The translations under genes and the position numbers were made by a program. From Candidatus Bathyarchaeota archaeon (GTDB lineage Archaea > Thermoproteota > Bathyarchaeia > 40CM-2-53-6), in contig CAWHWX010000001.1 in assembly GCA_963833125.1 (NCBI GenBank), positions 224,001-288,000 on the forward strand: a stretch of DNA of 64,000 nt, read 5' to 3'. Below, in pieces: positions 7,648-18,225 of the stretch; position 1 is the stretch's first letter, and every line of letters starts with the position of its first letter. Below the pieces are notes generated by a model. That model searched no databases, was not told the origin of the DNA, and saw nothing but the letters and a program-made list of their open reading frames with translations.

Positions 7648-9084
7648 TTGTCAAAAATCTCTCTGCGAAGAACCGATCTTTTCACACCAAGGTTTCTGGT
7701 TTGGTGGTGCATAATTTGGGCGCTGCTAATCGGTATTCTGGCGCCCGTTGTGAACGCGTTCACTCCGTTACTGTATAACAGTCCGGTGGCTCACTTGTGG
7801 ACGCCCGACATATTCTGGAGGCTTGTCCTCTACTATCATGGGGCTTTCATTCCGTGGATGATCTCCCTTGCGGCGTTGGCAGTCGCGGCGCTGGGGTTGG
7901 ATTCTATGAAGGATAGGATCGGAGTGCATTTGAAACACTTGGTACTCATCGGAGGGTTCTTCGCTGTACCGCTGGCCGCCCTAGGTGCCATTTTCGACGT
8001 CTACCCCACTTTCGGCTTTGGCATTCCAGTATGGACGCAAGTGGTTTCCATCGGCATAGGTGGCGAGGCAGTGTTCTTCCTGATCCTATCCTTACTAATC
8101 TACCCCAGGCAATCCTCCAAGGGTTTTGGAAGTGTAGGGCTTCCTTACTACATTGTACTGCTCAGCGCCATCGGCGTCATACTGGCCGCACTAATGGGTG
8201 ACGCGTCAGGGTGGATTATTTGGTTTGGTCCATGGCCGGCAATCGTCCCCCAATACATCAACAGCACAATGTACCCGGTACTCGGGTTCTATAATTCAAC
8301 CGCAGTCGTAACTTTTACTCAGGACATGGTTGGCAGCCATTCGCACTTAATGCTGCCATCCGTCATGGCCGCGATAGTAGCCCTCACCCCCGCAGTCTAC
8401 GGTTATGCTAAGTGGGAGAAGAATGAGAAGGCAATCTCAACGATTGGATTGGTAATAATGGGCGTGGGGCTGCTGGGAAGCATATGGGTCTACATCGTCT
8501 CCGGAGTCGGTAACTACTCGATTCCTACGCTACTACCATCGGGCCCCAACGGGCTCGCCGCGGATGATGCCATTACCGGTATTGTGGGTCTAGGAGCCGT
8601 CTTCGTGCTGATTGCATTACTGCTTCATGCAAGTAAAGGTAAGACTACGGAGGATAAGGTTCTGATTAAGGACTCCCTCTTTCTCTCACTAATTGCCTCG
8701 TGGATATTCATTTACCTGCTCATTCCGATCACCGGTATCTATATCGAATTCAACGAGTCGTTTTACAAAGCCGCCGGGATTGGCTTTGATGAGGCCTACG
8801 GTAGGTTCCACCAGGACCTTGCATTCTTCCTGCTACCAGCCTTAGTAACCACCGTTTTGATTTTCGATCTATTCGGATTGTCCGGCAAATCTAGAAGGAG
8901 GGTAGGTTTGCTGTATTTGGTCGGAGCGAGTATTGCTTTCGTCTTCGGCATGCTCTACTCGATGTTCACGTTGGACATGACCTACCTGTATATCGCAGCC
9001 TGTGGGGCTGTACTCATGGGGTTCGGAGCGTTGCTCGGCGCCGAGTATGTGAGAAAATCGGGCAAGGCAGTCCTCCACAATTAA
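7648..9084 (+). CDS. Polytopic membrane protein (about 12 TM) with intramembrane His residues
   Basis: Long hydrophobic segments with YYHG, SHSH and RFHQ motifs. Confidence 0.8.
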   Translation: MSKISLRRTDLFTPRFLVWWCIIWALLIGILAPVVNAFTPLLYNSPVAHLWTPDIFWRLVLYYHGAFIPWMISLAALAVAALGLDSMKDRIGVHLKHLVLIGGFFAVPLAALGAIFDVYPTFGFGIPVWTQVVSIGIGGEAVFFLILSLLIYPRQSSKGFGSVGLPYYIVLLSAIGVILAALMGDASGWIIWFGPWPAIVPQYINSTMYPVLGFYNSTAVVTFTQDMVGSHSHLMLPSVMAAIVALTPAVYGYAKWEKNEKAISTIGLVIMGVGLLGSIWVYIVSGVGNYSIPTLLPSGPNGLAADDAITGIVGLGAVFVLIALLLHASKGKTTEDKVLIKDSLFLSLIASWIFIYLLIPITGIYIEFNESFYKAAGIGFDEAYGRFHQDLAFFLLPALVTTVLIFDLFGLSGKSRRRVGLLYLVGASIAFVFGMLYSMFTLDMTYLYIAACGAVLMGFGALLGAEYVRKSGKAVLHN

Positions 9085-9128
9085 GACAGAATTTGCAGGA
9101 AGTAATCACCGTCCGCGTTTGCTAACTG

Positions 9129-9431
9129 GTGGGATTGATACATTCATCAAGACTTGCATTCTTCCTACTACCCGCTCTAGCCACCAGCCTCCTAGTCTTC
9201 GAAGCATTCAATGTTACAGATAAGACGAGACGGATCATCGGATCCCTGTACCTCGTATGCTCAATTGTAACTTTCATTTTCGGATACACGTATACCATGT
9301 TGACCTTAGACTTCCTCTCGCTGACGGTGGCTGCGTTCGGTGGAGTGCTCATTGGGGTTGGGTGTCATATTTGGCGCGGAATAGCTGAGAAAATCAGGCT
9401 GGGCGACGACATAATCCACAGATACGCATAG
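9129..9431 (+). CDS. Small membrane protein (3 TM)
   Basis: 100-aa hydrophobic ORF co-oriented with the upstream membrane gene. Confidence 0.6.
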   Translation: MGLIHSSRLAFFLLPALATSLLVFEAFNVTDKTRRIIGSLYLVCSIVTFIFGYTYTMLTLDFLSLTVAAFGGVLIGVGCHIWRGIAEKIRLGDDIIHRYA

Positions 9432-9460
9432 TGAATAACCTCATACAACAATCGTGTGTA

Positions 9461-10663
9461 CTAGACAGCATTCAGGTACTGGGCTATTTTCTCTAAGCCC
9501 AGTCGGATTCGTTCTTCTGTTTCGCTCACAAACGTCAATCTGATGTGTCCCATTCCGTTGTCGCCGAAGAACCGACCTGGGATGACCGCCACATTTGTGT
9601 TTCTGAACAAAGTGTCTGCAAACTCTTCTTCCGTCTGGTTACGCTTCGTCAAGTAGTCGCGCATGTCGACGAAGTAGTAGTAGGCACCGGCTGGCTTCAC
9701 GGTTTTGGCCAGTGGGAGATATTGTTGTATCATTCTCCCCATGAAGTCACGTTTCTTAGCGTAAGCGGTCACTGAGTCTTTGATGTATCCCACCTTCATG
9801 TTTTCGTTAAGGAATTTCACCAGAGGGAATTGTGCTAGGCTTTCAGGCGCAAGAGTGCTATACTGTTGCATTTTCTCGATCGCATCAATCACTTGCTTTG
9901 AAGCCAGTGTGTATCCTAGCCTGAGGCCGGGTATGCCAGCCTCCTTCGAGAAACTACACACAGTGATAGTGCGCTCTTTAGCCCCGGGAAAACTACTGAT
10001 CCACACATGCTCCCCTTCATAGACGATGTGTTTGTAGATATCATCGCTGATTATCCAAAAGTCGTAGTCCTCGGCTAGGTCTACTAGGGTCTTGATGAAG
10101 GATTCATTGAGAATTCTACCAGTGGGGTTGTCCGGGGATAGCACGATCACGGCTTTGGTTTTCTTCGAGACAACTTCCTTAAGATCCTCGCCATCCGGTT
10201 GGTAATCGTTCTCGACGTGAACTGAAATCCACTTTGGCCGCCCAAGTGCCAGCCCAATAATCTCCCGGTATCCAAGGTAAGTTGGGTCGGTGAGGATTAC
10301 TTCGTCGTCCGAATCGATGAGTGACATGAGTGAGCCGTAGATGGATTCTGTTGCGCCCGTCGTTACGATTATCTCGGAGTTGGGATCGAAGTCAACCTTT
10401 CCATACTTCTTCACATCTTCAGCCACAGCTTCTCGAAGCTGAGGAATGCCTTTCGTGCCCGTGTACCCGCAACTCCTCAACGGATTTTCCTGCAGGAGAC
10501 GGCTGAATTCGTCAAGAAATTTCTGTGGGGGTGGAAGGCTGGGTGCACCTCCGCCGAAAGAGATTATGTCGCTGCGCTCGTGCGCCTCATCTAGGAGTGC
10601 GGCGACTCTGCGTATGGGGGAAGTGTGGATCTTGTCAATTCGAGATGATAGTTTAGCCATCAA
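9461..10663 (-). CDS. PLP-dependent aminotransferase class I/II
   Basis: Motifs SPDNPTG, SDDIY and SFSKEAGIPGLRLGY. Confidence 0.93.
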   Translation of the reverse strand: MMAKLSSRIDKIHTSPIRRVAALLDEAHERSDIISFGGGAPSLPPPQKFLDEFSRLLQENPLRSCGYTGTKGIPQLREAVAEDVKKYGKVDFDPNSEIIVTTGATESIYGSLMSLIDSDDEVILTDPTYLGYREIIGLALGRPKWISVHVENDYQPDGEDLKEVVSKKTKAVIVLSPDNPTGRILNESFIKTLVDLAEDYDFWIISDDIYKHIVYEGEHVWISSFPGAKERTITVCSFSKEAGIPGLRLGYTLASKQVIDAIEKMQQYSTLAPESLAQFPLVKFLNENMKVGYIKDSVTAYAKKRDFMGRMIQQYLPLAKTVKPAGAYYYFVDMRDYLTKRNQTEEEFADTLFRNTNVAVIPGRFFGDNGMGHIRLTFVSETEERIRLGLEKIAQYLNAV

Positions 10664-10702
10664 AGGGTCGTTTCTGTCGTGCAGCGTAACCGTTTATACC
10701 GT

Positions 10703-11995
10703 TTACTGCGAAGTGACCGGCTTGATTTTTACGGCATTCCCCATATACGGTTGCAGTGCATCTGGGATAGCGATCGAACCGTCTTTCTCTTGATAGTTCT
10801 CCATTATGGCGACTAGGGTTCTCTCGGTTGCAGCTAGAGTGCTGTTAAGCGTGTGAACCCACTGGGTTGGTTCGTCAGGCTTATCCCTAAACCTGATTTT
10901 GGATCGGACTGCTTGGTAGGCTGTGCAGTTGCTGCAGGAAATGATCTCCCGGTATTTCCCCTGACCAGGCAACCAAGCCTCCAGATCATACTTCTTTGCT
11001 GCAACGGTTCCGAGCTCCCCCGTGCAAACGTTGACGATTCTGTAGGGAAGTTTCAGCGTTTGAATGAATTTCTCCGCGTTGGCGAGTAGTTTCTCGTGTT
11101 CCTCCCAAGATTGGTCGGGTTTGCAGAATACGAATTGTTCAACCTTCTCGAACTGGTGGACTCGGAAGATACCCTTTGTATCTCGCCCATGCGCACCAGC
11201 CTCCTTCCTGAAACAAGGCGTTACACCAGCGTACCTCAACGGCAGAGCCTTCCCCTCCAGTATCCCGTCCATATGTTGGGCAAGCAACGCATGCTCCGAA
11301 GTGGCTAACAAGTAAAGGTCCTCACCCTCAATTTTGTAGATCACATCCTCAAAGTCTGAGATGGCAACTGCGCCGTTGACTGCTTCTCTTCTTAGAAGGT
11401 ACGGGGGAAGCGTTAGCTCAAATCCTCTCTTCTCAATGAAATCTAAAGCGAAAAGAATTAACGCGTGATTAAGTTTGACCAAGTCTCCTCTTAGGTAGTA
11501 AAATCTAGCGCCAGCAACCTTTGCAGCACTCTCCATGTCGATGAGGCCCAAGTTGGTTGCTAGGTCGATGTGGTCTTTTGGTTGGAAGCCGAATTTTGGA
11601 GGCTCTCCCCACTTTTTCACTTCGAGATTGTCGTTCTCGTCTTTTCCGAAGGGGACGCTTTCATGCATGATGTTGGGTAAACCCATGAGAACTGCCGTAA
11701 CTTTCTTTTCAAGTTCGGCCGTTTGTTGTTCAAGTTCCTTGATTTGTGTCGGGATTTGTTCCGCTTGCTTGACTATGCTAGAGGTGTCTTGCCCCTTTCT
11801 TCGAAGTTGGGCGATTTCTTCAGTAAGTTTGTTTCTCTTTGCTCGAAGATTATTCGCTTCGCTCTGAACGCTTCTCCATTTCTTATCGTCCTCGAGTAAC
11901 CGGTCCACCCATGGAATTTTATCAACCTCGCCACGCCGTTTGAGGTTATCTTTGACCAAATCAGCGTTATCGCGAACAAATCTCATATCCAGCAT
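10703..11995 (-). CDS. serS: Serine--tRNA ligase
   Basis: N-terminal coiled coil; motifs LLATSEH, CFRKEAGAHGRDTKGIFRVHQFEKVEQF and HTLNST. Confidence 0.98.
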   Translation of the reverse strand: MLDMRFVRDNADLVKDNLKRRGEVDKIPWVDRLLEDDKKWRSVQSEANNLRAKRNKLTEEIAQLRRKGQDTSSIVKQAEQIPTQIKELEQQTAELEKKVTAVLMGLPNIMHESVPFGKDENDNLEVKKWGEPPKFGFQPKDHIDLATNLGLIDMESAAKVAGARFYYLRGDLVKLNHALILFALDFIEKRGFELTLPPYLLRREAVNGAVAISDFEDVIYKIEGEDLYLLATSEHALLAQHMDGILEGKALPLRYAGVTPCFRKEAGAHGRDTKGIFRVHQFEKVEQFVFCKPDQSWEEHEKLLANAEKFIQTLKLPYRIVNVCTGELGTVAAKKYDLEAWLPGQGKYREIISCSNCTAYQAVRSKIRFRDKPDEPTQWVHTLNSTLAATERTLVAIMENYQEKDGSIAIPDALQPYMGNAVKIKPVTSQ

Positions 11996-12183
11996 ACTTT
12001 TTCACCCACGGTTGGTTCCTATCGCCCTCAACCATGCTAACTGTGATGTAACGTCATTCTTGAAAGGTTGTCCTTGCGTTTTACTCTTGCGAACCGATTC
12101 TGTAGCCTGGAAGCTGCCATCAAAACGGTTAATTCGCTAACGCCATTTCGTTTGGCTAAGTAGAGAATACCGGATGAATTTCT

Positions 12184-12495
12184 TTGTTCAAATTGATTGT
12201 ACTGTTAAAGAAGAAAACTGGTTTCACAGATGCGCAATTTGCCATCTATTGGCTGGAGACTCACGCAATCTTAGCCAAGAAAATGCCGGGCTTGAGAAAG
12301 TATGTGGTGAACGTAGTTAAGCCGCCTCCCAACAGGGAAGCCGACTACAGCGGTGTTGTTGAACTATGGTTCGATAACGTAGACGATATGAAGAAAGCGT
12401 TCCGTTCAGCCGAGGGCCAAGCAACTGAGAAAGATACAGAAGCATTCACCGCAAGCCGAACGATCATGTACGTCGACGAGCATTCAATCATGTAA
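12184..12495 (+). CDS. EthD family protein
   Basis: YWLETHAILAKKMPGLRKYVVN and GVVELWFD match the EthD pattern. Confidence 0.85.
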   Translation: MFKLIVLLKKKTGFTDAQFAIYWLETHAILAKKMPGLRKYVVNVVKPPPNREADYSGVVELWFDNVDDMKKAFRSAEGQATEKDTEAFTASRTIMYVDEHSIM

Positions 12496-12505
12496 GACGC
12501 AAGAA

Positions 12506-13690
12506 TCAGTTTGATTGAATCGCGTTTTGGTCTTTGAGTCCATGTCCAGTTATTACACACACAATGCGCTCACGGGATTTAATCAGCCCTAACCTGAATG
12601 CCTTTGCCAACCCCTCGACTGATGCTGCGCTGGCTGGTTCCGCGAAGATGCCTTCGTGATTGGCTAAGAGCCGTTGGGCTCGAATTATTTCGCTATCCGA
12701 AACGGTTAGCATTGCTCCTCCAGACTCCTGCACAGCTCTGAGCGCCTTCTTCCAGCTCGCCGGAGCGCCGATTCGGATTGCACTTGCTGAAGTCTCGGGA
12801 TGTTTCCATGGAATTACGGTGCTATCTCCTCTTGCGTATGCGGTTGCTATGGGGGCTGCGCCTGAGGCTTGGATTCCAAGCATTCTTGGCGTTCGGTTGG
12901 TTAGTCTAAGCTTGCGTAGTTCCGAGAATCCTTTCCAGATGGCGCTAATGTTGCCTGCATTTCCTACAGGGACAATGACCGCGTCCGGGACCTGATAGTG
13001 GAGTTGTTCCCAGATTTCGAATGCTAGTGTCTTCTGGCCTTCAATACGGTATGGATTCAGAGAATTCACGAGGTAGAGTTTGCCTCTCTGAGCCATCTCT
13101 CTAGCATTTTCGAGAGCTCGATCGAAATTCCCGCTTACCTGATCAATTCTCGCCCCATGAATCATGGCTTGAAGAAGCTTCCCCTTAGCGATCTTCCCCT
13201 TTGGAATCAACACGATGGCCCTCAGCCCCGCTCGCGCCGCGTAGGCCGCCATCGAAGCGGAGGTGTTCCCTGTCGACGCACAAACGACAGTTCTCGCTCC
13301 TAGCTCAACCGCTCTCGTAATTGCTACGGTCATACCCCTGTCTTTGAAAGAGCCTGTTGGGTTTTGTCCTTCGTTCTTGAAGTAGACGTCATCAAGGCCG
13401 AAATCTTCTGCTAGACGAACTGAGCGAGGTAGACCTGTTCCACCCTCCCCAAGGCTCACTGCGTTACGGCTTGAGACCGGAAGAATGTTCTTGTAACGCC
13501 AGACCGAAAGCGGCCCAGCCTTCCTAACTGAAGGTGTGAACCTACGCCTCAATGATTGGTAATCGTAACCGACCTGCAGTAGGTCGCCACATTTTGGACA
13601 AGTGTAGATTTGAGTTGGTTTGAATCGACTTGAACAGTTGATGCATTCGAGGTAATGGTAGGGACCTTGTTGCATTGTTTTCATCGACAT
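12506..13690 (-). CDS. thrC: Threonine synthase
   Basis: N-terminal Zn ribbon; motifs NPTGSFKDRG, ASTGNTSAS, PVGNAGN and TGHGLKD. Confidence 0.96.
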   Translation of the reverse strand: MSMKTMQQGPYHYLECINCSSRFKPTQIYTCPKCGDLLQVGYDYQSLRRRFTPSVRKAGPLSVWRYKNILPVSSRNAVSLGEGGTGLPRSVRLAEDFGLDDVYFKNEGQNPTGSFKDRGMTVAITRAVELGARTVVCASTGNTSASMAAYAARAGLRAIVLIPKGKIAKGKLLQAMIHGARIDQVSGNFDRALENAREMAQRGKLYLVNSLNPYRIEGQKTLAFEIWEQLHYQVPDAVIVPVGNAGNISAIWKGFSELRKLRLTNRTPRMLGIQASGAAPIATAYARGDSTVIPWKHPETSASAIRIGAPASWKKALRAVQESGGAMLTVSDSEIIRAQRLLANHEGIFAEPASAASVEGLAKAFRLGLIKSRERIVCVITGHGLKDQNAIQSN

Positions 13691-13699
13691 GCGAGGGTT

Positions 13700-14704
13700 C
13701 TAGATAACTGTGGCACCTTTGGCGGAGGGTCTCGTGAGAAATACTTGCCGAACTTCATATCCGAGGGATTTTAGGTTGTCCGATACTAAGTCGATGGCAG
13801 GCTGAATAATTCCAACGTTATTTTTCCGCCGATGCTTATGCTCTTCAGAGGTGCTATACCATAGCGCACGAGATGGGCCTGCTCCGCTTATGGTTTCCGC
13901 GACGTGGAATTTGTCGAATAACGTCTTCTTTTCGTCTAGCAAGAACCGCGAATTTACTCCTTCGCCATAGGTGCCACCGTCCGCCCGCGTTGGTTCAACG
14001 ATCGCGTCCCACGGAACAGTTTCTATGATAGCCTTCACATCACCCAACGCGAACGCCGCTGAGACCCTCGCCACATAACCCATCGATTGAATGTGTGCCG
14101 AGGTTCGGATAGTGGAAGGTAGTAGTTGGCGAGTGGCCTCTGTCGACCTCTTCTCTATATTCGGTATCAAGAGCGCCATCCCCAGATCTCGGGGCGGTCG
14201 GATCGTTGTAATCTTCTGCTCTACGCTTAGAGGAGTTTTGACAACGATATTAAATCCGCCCAGCGCTGAAGCGGAGACATTATCCATGTGATGTGATGGT
14301 TCCGCATTTCCAGCCATCTGAACGAGAGACTCTCCTCTCAGACCCAGTTTGAACATTCGGTCCGCGCAGAGAACCGCGCCGACGGCTTCAGCCCCAGACA
14401 ATCCTAACCCTTTCCTCGGTGGGATATTGGCCGTCATTCGCAGAACATATCCGTCTGGTTTGCCAAACTTTTTTGAGACTGCGGAGAGGGCTTTGCCTGC
14501 CGCATTCAGGTTGGGATCCGTGCTTACCTCCGCGGCGTAAGCTCCTTCAACCCGTATATTCCTTATTCCCGATTCGGCCTCTCGGAGTTCTATTTCGATC
14601 CGTGGCAACTCTAAAGCAATTGAAAGCACGTCAAACCCTGCGCCGAGGTTCGCGCTAGACGCTGGGACTCGCGCCCTGACGGCCGGTTTTCTAGTTCCTG
14701 GCAA
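13700..14704 (-). CDS. thrB: Homoserine kinase
   Basis: VPASSANLGAGFD, GHMP motif PPRKGLGLSGA, HMDNV and SGAGPS; adjacent to thrC. Confidence 0.92.
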   Translation of the reverse strand: MPGTRKPAVRARVPASSANLGAGFDVLSIALELPRIEIELREAESGIRNIRVEGAYAAEVSTDPNLNAAGKALSAVSKKFGKPDGYVLRMTANIPPRKGLGLSGAEAVGAVLCADRMFKLGLRGESLVQMAGNAEPSHHMDNVSASALGGFNIVVKTPLSVEQKITTIRPPRDLGMALLIPNIEKRSTEATRQLLPSTIRTSAHIQSMGYVARVSAAFALGDVKAIIETVPWDAIVEPTRADGGTYGEGVNSRFLLDEKKTLFDKFHVAETISGAGPSRALWYSTSEEHKHRRKNNVGIIQPAIDLVSDNLKSLGYEVRQVFLTRPSAKGATVI

Positions 14705-14792
14705 GTTTTTCGAGTTCTCCAGCGAACCTATGTCCCAGAAAGAACCTATAGCCGACTAATAGAGGCCTACGGCAATTCTGGAGGCGTCTGTC

Positions 14793-15960
14793 ATACCGCG
14801 AAAGAGAACCTCTCAGAGAGTAGCGTTAATTTCACCTGAACCATTCACGCTGGCGCTCAGGCTGCCGAAGGGTGCAATTCGGCTCAGCGTTGGCGAACCA
14901 GACTTCCAAACTCCTGATTTCGTGAGAGAGGCAGGGAAGCGAGCAATCGACGAAGGGTTCACTCATTATAGTCCCGCAACAGGGTTTGACGAACTGCGGG
15001 AGGCAGTTGCAGAAAAACTTCGGCGCGATAATGGAATCTCATGCGACTATGAAAATGAGATTTTGATTACCCCCGGTTCGTCTTCAGGGATTTTCTTGGC
15101 AATGTTGGCTCTACTTGACCCTGGAGATGAAGTGTTAGTCCCTGACCCCGCCTGGTTCCACTACATGCGGCTCGTTGAACTTTGCGGAGCGAAACCGATC
15201 GGAGTTCCCCTAAGTCTAGACAAGAGACTATCACTGGATGCACATGAAACGGAGAAACGCGTTACCAAGAAAACTAAGCTTCTCATCCTGAACAGTCCGA
15301 ATAATCCCACTGGGATGGTTCTCTCGAGGGACAACCTCCAAGCTCTCGGGGAAGTCGCCGAAAAACATGACTTGATGGTGATTTCGGATGAGGTCTACGA
15401 GAAAATAATCTACTCGGGCCACGAACACGTGAGTCCAGCTTCCTTGGCTGCGTTCAAAGGACGCACGATTACGAGCAACGGGTTTTCAAAAGCTTACGCG
15501 ATGACGGGTTGGCGGGTAGGATACTTGGCTGGTCCATCTGAAATTGTGGAGAAGGTAGTCGCATTGAACGGATACATTTCGGTCTGCGCAAGCTCCGTCT
15601 CGCAAAGAGCCGCCTACACCGCACTAACCGATCACAGAATGGATCGAGCGATCGAGCAAATGCTCGAAAGTTTCAGTGCGAGAAGGAATCTGGTCTTAGA
15701 ATCGCTTTCTGAGGATCCCCTCACTTCGGGTCTTGCCGCCCGAGGGAACGTTCTACACTTGGATCGATGTAACCCGGAAAGGCTTGTCAAGTGAGGAATT
15801 TGTGCACCAATTAATGGAACGTGAGCACGTCGGAGTGCTACCAGGACCACTGTTTGGTAACCGTGGGGAAGGATTCGTAAGAATCTCCTTCGCGACAGAT
15901 GATGAACATTTGAAGCAGGGGATGGAACGGTTGAGAAGGTTCGCACAGGCGAAAGAATGA
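14793..15960 (+). CDS. PLP-dependent aminotransferase class I/II (frameshift near 15713; probable ATA start)
   Basis: The frame is open upstream of 14922 and contains the conserved LSVGEPDF. Also NSPNNPTG, SDEVY and GFSKAYAMTGWRVGY. The C-terminus (PEGTFY...RISFA) is in ORF 15733..15960. Confidence 0.9.
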
Positions 15961-16010
15961 TGAAAGAATCGAAGCGGTGTCCTTGGATGGAAAAACTGCC
16001 AAGCCTGTAG

Positions 16011-17381
16011 TTAGATGGATGTTAGGTAGTTTTGGACTTCCCATGGCGTAACTTGTTCGCGGTAGTCGCGCCACTCTGATTCTCTTACCTTAATGTGTTC
16101 TCGGAACGCTACCTCGCCAAGGGTTTCTTTGATGAATGGGTCTTTCTTGGCTTCGGCTATCGCCTCACCTACCGTTCTTGGCAACCATGAAATTCCCCGT
16201 CGCTCAAGTTCTTGGTCACTAAGCCGTGCTGGGTCTTCCTTCAGCGGTTCGCCGGGATCAATTTTGCTCTTCATCCCATCGAGACCTGCAGCTAGGAAGG
16301 TTCCCACCGCTAAGTATGGGTTGCAGGAAGGGTCCGGCACACGGTATTCGACCCGTTGGCCTGAACCGTCGGAGTGTGGAGAGGTTGATGGAATTCTGAT
16401 GGCCGCACCTCTATGGTCGTAGCCATAACAGACGTGAGCGGGTGCCCAGCTTCCGGGCAAAAGACGCTTGTACGAGTTTGATAAGGGCGCTCCGAAAATG
16501 CTCATGCCATTCATATGCTTCAACGCTCCCCCGATGAATGCATAACCCAGTTGACTCATCTTGCAACCTCTCTTGTCATTTGCGTCATGGAAGACGTTGC
16601 GTTTCGTTTTCGAGTCGAACAGACTCAAGTGAATGTGGCAACCGCTGCCCGGAAGCCCCGCGAAAGGCTTTGGCATGAAAGACACGAACAATCCACGCTT
16701 TGCAGCGACAGCCTTCGTAACGTCTTTAACTGCTACAAAATCATCAGCAGCCGCCAAAGCATCAGTGTACCTGAAGCTTGGCTCTATTTGCGCGTGCCCG
16801 TACTCTTTCTTCAACCTCTCGAGATGAACTCCCATCGACGAGAGGTTGGACACAACTTCCTGAATGTAGTCGTTGTAAAGGTCGTAGCCGTAACTTGTAG
16901 CGAATTTTGTATTAACGAAGGGCGTTACGTTCTCTCCTTCGCCGCGCAGGACGTAGAACTCAGTCTCACAAGAGACCATGGGAGAGTACCCCATCTCCTG
17001 AGCTTTCCCAATCATCCTCCGCAGGAAGTACCTCGCATCAGTGGCATGCGGCTTCAAATCCAAGTCCCAAAGCTCGCTCATCATTCGTGCACTTCCCGGC
17101 GCGTACGGGAGGGATGAGAAGGTGGTTGGGTCAGGCATTATCTTGAGTTCCGGGGCTTCGGAACCCCAAGAGCCCTCGTAGGCTACCTTATCGAAAACAT
17201 TGAAGCATTGAAGCGCCATGGGAATACCAATTCCATCCCTCATGTGCTCGGCCAAAAAATCCGCATGCGAAACCATTGCACGCGGAATCAGATCATTTCC
17301 AAGCCACTGGAATTTTATCAGATTAATTTTCTCTTCTTTTACCCTCTTCAGAACATTGTCTAACGCCGATTGACTAGCCAT
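16011..17381 (-). CDS. Glutamine synthetase family protein (possibly gamma-glutamyl-amine ligase type)
   Basis: Motifs ETEFY, FMPKPF, GSGCHIHLS, NSYKRL and EYRVPDPSCNPYL. Confidence 0.9.
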   Translation of the reverse strand: MASQSALDNVLKRVKEEKINLIKFQWLGNDLIPRAMVSHADFLAEHMRDGIGIPMALQCFNVFDKVAYEGSWGSEAPELKIMPDPTTFSSLPYAPGSARMMSELWDLDLKPHATDARYFLRRMIGKAQEMGYSPMVSCETEFYVLRGEGENVTPFVNTKFATSYGYDLYNDYIQEVVSNLSSMGVHLERLKKEYGHAQIEPSFRYTDALAAADDFVAVKDVTKAVAAKRGLFVSFMPKPFAGLPGSGCHIHLSLFDSKTKRNVFHDANDKRGCKMSQLGYAFIGGALKHMNGMSIFGAPLSNSYKRLLPGSWAPAHVCYGYDHRGAAIRIPSTSPHSDGSGQRVEYRVPDPSCNPYLAVGTFLAAGLDGMKSKIDPGEPLKEDPARLSDQELERRGISWLPRTVGEAIAEAKKDPFIKETLGEVAFREHIKVRESEWRDYREQVTPWEVQNYLTSI

Positions 17382-17592
17382 ATCCTAAGCAGGTGGGGTC
17401 TGTTTTGTTAAGCCTTTCCCCGAGCCTCGTCCAACATACGTGTCAACTCTTGCCTCGATCAATCAAAATAGTTACCGACAAGTGCATCGAGTAAGTTCGT
17501 CCTTGGTAAAAGCGATGTGATTCGGCGTTCGGGAAACTATTTGAGTCTTCAGGCTCAAGTAATTGACTATACCTGGAATTACTTGAGGGTGG

Positions 17593-18225
17593 TTGTCGTT
17601 GCCCAAGACTAGACGTGATGATAAAAAGATTCGAGTACGAGAGCGACCTAAATCGATCCGTGAACAAAAACACCTAGGCAATCATAGGCCTTTGGTTGCC
17701 GTACTCTTACTAATTGTCGTTGCAGTTCCTGTAGTTGTCGCTTGGTATGGATGGACTTACGCTGCGGTAGTAGATTTTACGTTCGGGGGAACCTCTGACA
17801 TTCGTGGTTCTTATCAACTCTTTGCGATGTCTCCGGACCACCCGTCAACGATTGACATCACTCACATATTCGTAAGGAATACCGGCAACACGGACATCAC
17901 AGTTATCGTCACTCTTCAAGCCCTAAATGCAGTCGTCGCTCCAGCTCCGGGCTACTATTATGGGCCCTACACTGACACCGCCAATGTGCAAATTCACCTG
18001 CCGGTCTCAAGCCGGTATGAGATTGCCACATTCTATCTTACGTTACCCGTTCAAGTCCCCACATTCACAATTCGTGCCAGCGTGGCTAGAGTAATAGACT
18101 CCTCCAGCTTCACTTCCTTAGTCACTTCAAGCTTTGCAACTATTGAGCCAACCTTGCCCACCACGCTAGTCTACACGAATACAATCACGAATCCACAGAA
18201 CTATGAGCTCAGCGAACAATATTGA
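17593..18225 (+). CDS. Membrane-anchored hypothetical protein (basic N-tail, single TM, beta-rich ectodomain)
   Basis: Basic N-terminus followed by LVAVLLLIVVAVPVVVAW and a Thr/Val-rich beta-like domain. Confidence 0.75.
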   Translation: MSLPKTRRDDKKIRVRERPKSIREQKHLGNHRPLVAVLLLIVVAVPVVVAWYGWTYAAVVDFTFGGTSDIRGSYQLFAMSPDHPSTIDITHIFVRNTGNTDITVIVTLQALNAVVAPAPGYYYGPYTDTANVQIHLPVSSRYEIATFYLTLPVQVPTFTIRASVARVIDSSSFTSLVTSSFATIEPTLPTTLVYTNTITNPQNYELSEQY

